IMG/VR virus record: IMGVR_UViG_3300046808_001035
Reading direction: 5' to 3' (one strand)
DNA from: a virus
DNA length: 64,000 bases
Shown here piece after piece: positions 57,781 to 64,000 of this stretch. Numbering within the stretch: the stretch's first letter is position 1; each line of letters starts with the position of its first letter. The notes under the pieces were generated by a model, which was not told where the DNA came from, made no database searches, and was given only the letters and a program-made list of their open reading frames with translations. The position numbers and the translations under genes were made by a program.

Positions 57781-58872
57781 TTAATTCAATTCAGTAATCA
57801 CTTTATATTCTGGAAGGGTATTCTCTTTGAGGGCCAATTTAGAGATCATCTCTATAGCTAGAACATCCTCATCCTGCATGCTCGAATCAAAGTCGGTTCT
57901 TTGGTTCACTATCCTATTGGTGCTTGCGTCCAGGTTCCTGACCTTAGACCTAAAGTAATTAATTTCTTCTTTCTTGATGAAGAAAGAGGCAAGATTATTA
58001 ATCACTGTATTATATGCCAGAGCATCTTTTTTATCTTCGATAGAAAAATACAGAGAAGTTACGTTATCCAGCATGGAATCGGCTAAATAGCTGTTGAGTC
58101 TTTCTTTCTCTTCAGTGGTTAAACTGGAAGGATCGGCTTCGGCTTTCAACCCAAGTTCTCCTAACGAACCTATGATCTTAAAATACCTACGATCCATGTC
58201 ACTAATCACTTGGTTGTCGGTTAACTGAGTAAAATAAGCAGCTCTAGCTACCACCTCTGTAGGCGCGTTAGTGAAGTCAAAAAAGAGTTCTCTAATGGCT
58301 TTTACTTGCCCTGGTAAAAGTTTGTACCTGTAAGCTATCACCGCATCCGATAGCCCTGCATATATACAGTAACCGATAACGCAAAAATTTCTCTGATGCT
58401 CTTTAGATAGCTTGTATTTGACTGCGAAGTCGTAGTTGCTAGAGAATTTTACATTACTTACGTGAAGTAAAAAATTGCGTAGTGGTGTGTCTGTGATAAG
58501 CTCAATATGTTTGATGCTCCAGAGCTCTACATTTTCTTCTCTATAGCTAGGGACGAAAACTTTTTTGTCGCCGTCTAGTTTAAGCTTTTTATTGAATAGC
58601 TTGTAAAACGTAGACTTCTGCTCGTCAGAGAGACTAGATACAAGCTTGTGAATGAAAGGAGACAGCGAAAGGGATACTACAGAGCGCTCTTTAAGATCTT
58701 TATGGCTGTGTAAGTATCTCCTAAGACAGGCCGCTCCGTCCTGCGGCTTTCTTCGGCAATACGCTAGGTTGGCTCTAGAGGGATCTAAATAAATTAAGTA
58801 CCTCCAATTTGGGAAGTTGTAAAATGAGCCTATCTGGTTAAGGCGTATTGGGGCTAATTTTTTTTCGTTCAT
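57781..58872 (-). CDS. Hypothetical protein with a possible HTH
   Basis: 363 aa; AGLSDAVIAYRYKLLPGQVKAIRELFFD is HTH-like; could be a packaging-related DNA-binding protein (weak). Confidence 0.6.
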   Translation of the reverse strand: MNEKKLAPIRLNQIGSFYNFPNWRYLIYLDPSRANLAYCRRKPQDGAACLRRYLHSHKDLKERSVVSLSLSPFIHKLVSSLSDEQKSTFYKLFNKKLKLDGDKKVFVPSYREENVELWSIKHIELITDTPLRNFLLHVSNVKFSSNYDFAVKYKLSKEHQRNFCVIGYCIYAGLSDAVIAYRYKLLPGQVKAIRELFFDFTNAPTEVVARAAYFTQLTDNQVISDMDRRYFKIIGSLGELGLKAEADPSSLTTEEKERLNSYLADSMLDNVTSLYFSIEDKKDALAYNTVINNLASFFIKKEEINYFRSKVRNLDASTNRIVNQRTDFDSSMQDEDVLAIEMISKLALKENTLPEYKVITELN

Positions 58873-59812
58873 CTCTAGGCATTCTGTCTGTTAAAGCTCC
58901 AGCTACCCCACCGATACCAGCTCCCCAGGCTAACGCTTTTGGCAGCTCGTGACCTAGTTCATTGATGAGCCTCGGAGTTACAGTAAGTAAAGGTTTGCCT
59001 TTAGCATATCTAGCAGCGTTACCTATACTTCTTCCTAGGGCTGTAATTATTGGAGGATGTGTCGCAGTAAAAACTCCGGCAGCTCCACCTAAAAGAGAGC
59101 CTACTCCTGTATTTTTGAGTTTAGTCATTAAAGCTGAGTCCTCGTCGTCAGCCCTTAGAGCGCTAACCATCTCGCTGCCAGGTATGCTGGTCAAATAGGG
59201 TTGTCTTTGAATTATATCCGCAGCCTCGATGAGTGCTTGGTTCTTTGATGGGTTATAATGCTCGTATAATGGGTAGGCTGTTCCTGCGGCGGCTGCCAAA
59301 CCTGCACCAGTCAAGGCGTCGTAACCACTTCTACGTAATAGTGCATTTGCATAATTTTTCCTGGCAGACAGCCGGTCTAGATTCCTGCCGAGTTGAAATG
59401 GGTTTTGAAAAACCTTTTTGCCTGTAGCGTCTAGCTTGGTCAGTCCTTTCCACCCGAGCAACCTAACCGCAGAGCTTAAAATAAATCCTGCAGTCAGCGC
59501 CCCTCCGCCCATAGAGGTTACATTATTTAGAATCTCTTTGCCTAGCGAGCTGTGCGCTCCTCCAGAACGCTTGATTCTTTTCAGTGCTTCTATAATCTGC
59601 TTTTTCCTTTCTTCCGGATCCGAAGAAATGATTGAAGCTGACGGTAGTACATTTTTAACGATAGGTGCCAGTGTTCTGGCTGACCCTGGTAAATCCTCTG
59701 CAACATCAGAGGCGGAATACCTCCCAGGGTTAGCATAAAACAAGTTCTCACGAAGCAAGTTTAATGCAGCTAGCCTCTCAGCGTAAGTACTCGGCTTCTC
59801 AGAATCTGGCAT
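58838..59812 (-). CDS. Glycine-zipper membrane-active-like protein
   Basis: Four GxxxG-rich hydrophobic segments (GGGALTAGFIL, GAGLAAAAG, GVGSLLGGAAG, GAGIGGVAGAL). Confidence 0.65.
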   Translation of the reverse strand: MPDSEKPSTYAERLAALNLLRENLFYANPGRYSASDVAEDLPGSARTLAPIVKNVLPSASIISSDPEERKKQIIEALKRIKRSGGAHSSLGKEILNNVTSMGGGALTAGFILSSAVRLLGWKGLTKLDATGKKVFQNPFQLGRNLDRLSARKNYANALLRRSGYDALTGAGLAAAAGTAYPLYEHYNPSKNQALIEAADIIQRQPYLTSIPGSEMVSALRADDEDSALMTKLKNTGVGSLLGGAAGVFTATHPPIITALGRSIGNAARYAKGKPLLTVTPRLINELGHELPKALAWGAGIGGVAGALTDRMPRDERKKISPNTP

Positions 59813-59821
59813 ATGCTGAGA

Positions 59822-62074
59822 TTAAGCTTCAAAGCCATCAGCTTTAGACATGTTGATCGAGAGCTCAGGAGACTTTCTCTTTAAGAACACGATAAGCTCA
59901 CCTACGTTTTTGAAAACACTGGTTACAAGCTCTAGCAGTTCAGGTAAATCTCCGCGTCCGTACATTTCTTTGAACTTGTCCGTATCCCAATGCAGCAGGA
60001 ACAGGATGCGCCCTAGTCTATCCATGGCCTCGATCATTGATGGTAGGTATTCAGAAATCTTGTCTCCTACACTAACGTATTTAGCCAAGGCTCCAATCAT
60101 CTGAGTGTCAAAAATTTCTTTTTGCCCGTTTTGAGCCATTTGTGTGGCTTGTTGGACAAGGCGAGGATCAATACCCTTAATCTCTGGCATAGTGCCTAGA
60201 TCTTTTTGGGTAGGATTGCCTGTGTAGCTGTCCATGGTAGGCAATGTGTTTTCTTGACCGACACCAACGTAGGTCTGTTGACCGAATTCGTTAGTGTAAG
60301 GCTGTTCTTCAAATGGTTGAGGATAAACATCACCAGTAAAAGCTAGCTTGATATGTCCTTTCTTTGTAAACCCTGGAACCAATGAATCAAGAAGCTCCGA
60401 AGCCACCTTCTGGTCCATTCCTAAATCTACAACCATAGCTATCTTGGCGGCTAAAGGATCTTCATATTTTTTCTTGGCTCCATTAATATCTACAAAATAC
60501 TCACTACCGTTTGTATGCACAGTCATCGGGAAGATATTTTTGTCGCGAAGGAGACCGTGTAGTGTGCTAGGAGATCCAGGCTCACCCCTCAAATACTTTT
60601 CTTTTTCAGCCTCCTGCTCTTTCTTGCGTTTGTCTTGATCTTCTTTGTCTTTTTTAGACATCCCGAGGGCTGGATAAGCGTAAAAGCTACTATCATGCGA
60701 CTGGTTTGCAGGATTGATTTTAAGTAATTTAAAGCCTCCTGGGACATAAAGCATCTTATCTTTATATTCGAAGCGATCACCCTGCTTCTTCGTCATCACA
60801 AGCATGATCTCGTCAGCTCTCTTTGGATGCTCATAGAAGTTACCTCTGGGAAGTGCATGAACGCTACCTGGGCGGTCTTTAGGTCCTGAGCGTTCAGGAT
60901 AGCATTCGTAATATTCAGTATATGGTTCTACACTGATACGGCGGATACCTGAGGCATCTTTAAAGTTAGCGTTAATCCGGAAGGGTTGTGTGGCCTTGAG
61001 GTTTTCGTTAATTAAAATATAAACGTTTGAGTACCCTGGCTTGGCTTCAGCAGGGTCAACCATCATCTTATGCACCATCGAGTAATCTTGGACTCTGATC
61101 TGATCCTTAATAAAGACCTGTTTATGGTCTCGGACATAGGTGTTCCCTTCCTTACTATCTAGGTCAATAACCAGGGTGTCGTCTGTAGCAAAATCTTGCT
61201 GCAATTGCTTCGGGCGTACAATAAGCAATCCGTAACGAAGTCCTCCGAGCTTAGTAACATAAGAGTAGAACCCGGAATCTGTAGGGTTAGTAAATTTCTT
61301 AATATAGTCTACAGCTCCGTAAGAAGACTTTTGACTTTCTGCACGGTCATCTACGATGACATACCCTTGAGTCATTAAGGTCTGCTTGTCGTGGTCTGTA
61401 AGCTTTTTGACTTCTTCTTTATCTGAGGGCTTAACAACCTTAACCAGGTCAATTTTTTTAGAGGCCTTATCGCCTTTGCGATACTTGTCGCCATCTTCAA
61501 GCTTGATAGCTTCAGCAACCTTCTCTAGCGGATAGAAGCGTAAAAGAGACTCACAAAATTCAGCGTCTTTCTCGATAAGGTCTGTAAAAGCTTCTTTTGT
61601 CTGATTGTCTGAGTCTTTAACGTAATCAAGCACAGAAGCAATAGCGTATCTTCCTGTTCTTGGAGGAACACTCATCTGCCTATAGTCGCCCTGAGTAGCG
61701 TCTCGCATGATATCAGACCTATTCTCTCTGGAGTCTTCTCCAAGGCCTAGCAAGTCCTCTTTAATAAACATTTCAGCGAAATCTTCATTAAGCGGGTAAA
61801 ATTGCTCGTTGTTTTTACTATAAAGCAGGTCGAGAGGCTTTACCTTACCATTAACAAAAAAAGCAGGAACAAAAAGGACCTGACCGCTTTCAGAGCGAAA
61901 ACCAAAGACTCCAAGAGCCTTCGTATTGTCCTCGTTCTTTTTAACTATTTCAAACCCTACAAGAAAAGGAATTAGATTTTTAAGGGTGTCCTGCAGCCTC
62001 TGATAGGCTAGCTGAAAGAAGGCTCCTTCAATTTGGTCGTCTGCTGCAGTTTTAGATAAAGCGGTATTTCGCAT
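59822..62074 (-). CDS. Large hypothetical protein (750 aa), probably head-associated
   Basis: Starts MRNTALSKTAADD (K-x-A at residues 8-10); further KEA, KVA, KIA, KLA; own promoter. Confidence 0.7.
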   Translation of the reverse strand: MRNTALSKTAADDQIEGAFFQLAYQRLQDTLKNLIPFLVGFEIVKKNEDNTKALGVFGFRSESGQVLFVPAFFVNGKVKPLDLLYSKNNEQFYPLNEDFAEMFIKEDLLGLGEDSRENRSDIMRDATQGDYRQMSVPPRTGRYAIASVLDYVKDSDNQTKEAFTDLIEKDAEFCESLLRFYPLEKVAEAIKLEDGDKYRKGDKASKKIDLVKVVKPSDKEEVKKLTDHDKQTLMTQGYVIVDDRAESQKSSYGAVDYIKKFTNPTDSGFYSYVTKLGGLRYGLLIVRPKQLQQDFATDDTLVIDLDSKEGNTYVRDHKQVFIKDQIRVQDYSMVHKMMVDPAEAKPGYSNVYILINENLKATQPFRINANFKDASGIRRISVEPYTEYYECYPERSGPKDRPGSVHALPRGNFYEHPKRADEIMLVMTKKQGDRFEYKDKMLYVPGGFKLLKINPANQSHDSSFYAYPALGMSKKDKEDQDKRKKEQEAEKEKYLRGEPGSPSTLHGLLRDKNIFPMTVHTNGSEYFVDINGAKKKYEDPLAAKIAMVVDLGMDQKVASELLDSLVPGFTKKGHIKLAFTGDVYPQPFEEQPYTNEFGQQTYVGVGQENTLPTMDSYTGNPTQKDLGTMPEIKGIDPRLVQQATQMAQNGQKEIFDTQMIGALAKYVSVGDKISEYLPSMIEAMDRLGRILFLLHWDTDKFKEMYGRGDLPELLELVTSVFKNVGELIVFLKRKSPELSINMSKADGFEA

Positions 62075-62096
62075 ATGAATAGTCTATAATCCCTTC

Positions 62097-62125
62097 ATTT
62101 TATAAATTTTTTCCTTGTATATCAA
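62097..62125 (-). promoter_or_regulatory. Sigma70-like promoter at the start of the head cluster
   Basis: TTGATA-17 nt-TAAAAT; shares TCTTGATATA with the promoter at 47567-47596. Confidence 0.6.
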
Positions 62126-62139
62126 GAACCAACTAAAAA

Positions 62140-63990
62140 TTAAGACTTTTCACCGAAACCAACACCATAAGCTAGGCCTGGAATAGGACTTGCGCCTTTG
62201 GTGTCCGAAGTTGCGCCTTTATTGACTAGGTTTACAAATCTTTTAGCTAAGTTGGTACTATTCAAGACATGCATCCAGTCATCGTGGTGCTCAGGTACAT
62301 CTACGAGGCGTACCATAGTAGGTTCAAAGTTTGGAGGAGCTTCATGCACCATAACGGATTCAACGCCGTGCTCTTTTAGATGCTTTATTACTGCTGTAGT
62401 CACTTTTGTGCCTATCGTGTAGTGAAGCTCAGGTTTTTCTAGGTACTTTCCGTAAGCAAGATCAAGCCTCAGCTGCTTAGATTCAGGTCTAGGGACATAA
62501 TCCTTTTCAATAGCTGAATAAGCCACTACTTGGTCAGGAAGATAGTCTCCTAGCCCGTCAGGGTCAGTAATCTTAACGTGGTCTATGGCAGCTTTGGCTA
62601 TAAGCTCAAAGTTTCTACGATTAACAGGCAGACCGCTATCATCGAAAGCTTTTTTCATGGCTTCCATATAATACTTCCTGCCATCACCTATACCTCTGTA
62701 CTGTACAACCTCGCGAGGGTCTACAAGACCTGAACTCAAAGCTTCTCCCTGCTCTACACGATCGCCTTTTTTGAATTTGGGTTCTTGGTCTGGACCTATG
62801 TAGTGCTCGTTGCCGTTAACCTCAATAAAATAACCACCTGCAGACGCAGGTTCTAAATTTGTAATTATGCCGTCCTCTTGAGCTAGAGGAGCTTTACCTA
62901 CAAAGGTTTTCGGTATGTTGGCTAGCTGGTTAATTAGCTTAAACCCCTGCTGACCTCCTAGACTTGTGGCTGCGCCTCCACTGTGTCGAGCTTTCATAGC
63001 GCTCTCAGTCAGTGGTTCTGCAACGGCAGTTCCTGCCACAAGACCAACATAGCTATCCATAGCAGCCATTCCTTTTTCTCTCTTACCTACACACATCTGA
63101 CACAAGCCTCCAGAGTGATGCTTTTTGTTGGACTGGCAGGTCATCGGAGAACGAATAGTTATGCTGGTAATATTTTGACTCTTTAAATCTCCGAGCATAT
63201 TAGATGTAATAGGGTTGTTCCTATTGTATCCAGCTACCCCTTTAGCTAAAAAGGCTCCAACAGACTCACGGTCGTTAATCGGCACATCTATACCGTTGGT
63301 TGTTTCACAATCAGCCTCTACAACCTGTAATGGCATTAGCGCACGCGCAAACTGTTTTGATCCGTACCCTCCCTGGGCTACTGAAATCTTTTTTAAAACT
63401 TCTCCAGTTCTCGTACCGAAAGACGTAGTCAAATACTCAGGCAGAGAAAGCCCCTCCGCGTAGGAGCTCTTAATCGGAATATCCATTTTAGGTTTGCCTT
63501 CAGCGTCTACAACAAAACCCTGAGTGCTAATAGTCCCTCTGTATTGCGCTGGTGTACCTCTGGACCCGGCTAAAATAATTTTTGCTAGAGAACGATTGTC
63601 TGATAACCCTTTAACCAGAATATCTTTTTCGATATCTGACATCATTGAGTTGTAATGATCAAAAATTTTTTTATCTTTTACAGCTCTAGAATCATTTGTC
63701 TTTTCAACTTTTTCTGTAAACTTTTCAAAGTCATTCCAGAGTTTATCTTTATCTACAGGGGAAACGAGGTCCTTTAGAGTGATCGATGTGCCTTGTCTTG
63801 TCGCAATTTCAAACCCTAGCCTAGTTAGGTCTGAGACTATCTTACTATACTGGTCTGGAGCTTTCTCTGCCAGGTCAGCGAAGAGCTTTCCTATACCTTT
63901 CTTATCAAGGATAATACCTTCTACTAAGCTATGGAATTGGCTAGGGATAAAAAATTTTAATAATACCTGCCCTACAGTAGTGGTAGCCAT
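62140..63990 (-). CDS. rpoC: DNA-directed RNA polymerase beta-prime, C-terminal half (split, phage-encoded)
   Basis: Collinear with bacterial RpoC from TTVG onward: GSRG..Q, PIKSSYAEGLSLPEY, bridge-helix region, DCETTNG, Zn site RSPMTC...GLCQMCVG, trigger loop VAEPLTESAMKARHSGG, jaw barrel KKGDRVEQGEALSSG. The catalytic NADFDGD motif is not in this ORF. Confidence 0.9.
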   Translation of the reverse strand: MATTTVGQVLLKFFIPSQFHSLVEGIILDKKGIGKLFADLAEKAPDQYSKIVSDLTRLGFEIATRQGTSITLKDLVSPVDKDKLWNDFEKFTEKVEKTNDSRAVKDKKIFDHYNSMMSDIEKDILVKGLSDNRSLAKIILAGSRGTPAQYRGTISTQGFVVDAEGKPKMDIPIKSSYAEGLSLPEYLTTSFGTRTGEVLKKISVAQGGYGSKQFARALMPLQVVEADCETTNGIDVPINDRESVGAFLAKGVAGYNRNNPITSNMLGDLKSQNITSITIRSPMTCQSNKKHHSGGLCQMCVGKREKGMAAMDSYVGLVAGTAVAEPLTESAMKARHSGGAATSLGGQQGFKLINQLANIPKTFVGKAPLAQEDGIITNLEPASAGGYFIEVNGNEHYIGPDQEPKFKKGDRVEQGEALSSGLVDPREVVQYRGIGDGRKYYMEAMKKAFDDSGLPVNRRNFELIAKAAIDHVKITDPDGLGDYLPDQVVAYSAIEKDYVPRPESKQLRLDLAYGKYLEKPELHYTIGTKVTTAVIKHLKEHGVESVMVHEAPPNFEPTMVRLVDVPEHHDDWMHVLNSTNLAKRFVNLVNKGATSDTKGASPIPGLAYGVGFGEKS

Positions 63991-64000
63991 TATTTTTTAA

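Noticed and set aside
10536-63463. Many 60-180 aa plus-strand ORFs and nested minus-strand ORFs
   Set aside because: They are shadows of long, motif-bearing minus-strand genes and have no recognisable features.
62140-63990. Host chromosomal rpoC or a pseudogene fragment
   Set aside because: It has a clean ATG and stop, is far more diverged than cellular RpoC at normally invariant positions, and is flanked by phage head genes.
1-64000. Stop-codon reassignment (genetic code 4, 15 or 25)
   Set aside because: Genes tile the window with tiny gaps under code 11, and TAG ends genes at sensible boundaries.
1-64000. CRISPR array, diversity-generating retroelement, introns/inteins, transposases
   Set aside because: I saw no spaced nucleotide repeats, reverse transcriptase, template/variable repeat pair, homing endonuclease or intein motifs. 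FN3 repeats are diverged at DNA level. A subtle element could be missed by eye.

Overview
This window is a gene-dense, roughly 40% GC segment of a large (jumbo-type) contractile-tailed dsDNA phage genome. It is not bacterial chromosome. Almost everything is on the minus strand, and read right to left it forms one virion morphogenesis region: a split bacterial-type RNA polymerase beta-prime C-terminal subunit, several unknown head-associated proteins, prohead protease, scaffold, decoration protein, major capsid protein, neck proteins, tail sheath and tube, spike, a tail chaperone with a canonical A_AAT_TTT -1 frameshift, tape measure, baseplate genes with an embedded sigma70-family factor, two giant Ig/FN3 fibre genes and a five-member paralogous family. 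The left end holds a phage tmRNA, an AAA+ ATPase and a gpA-type terminase. Best leads: (1) a dense K-x-A motif marking head-cluster proteins, the protease itself and one distant gene, but nearly absent from sheath and terminase, which suggests a head-maturation proteolysis code with an uncharacterised specificity; (2) one FN3 domain split cleanly between two TAATG-coupled fibre genes, suggesting strand-complementation assembly; (3) phage RNAP plus sigma70 with sigma70-like promoters on structural genes; (4) a tmRNA with a 30-aa tag; (5) no TGA stop in about 51 genes. All functional calls come from motif recognition by eye and gene order. No searches were run, counts are hand counts, and the host is unknown.
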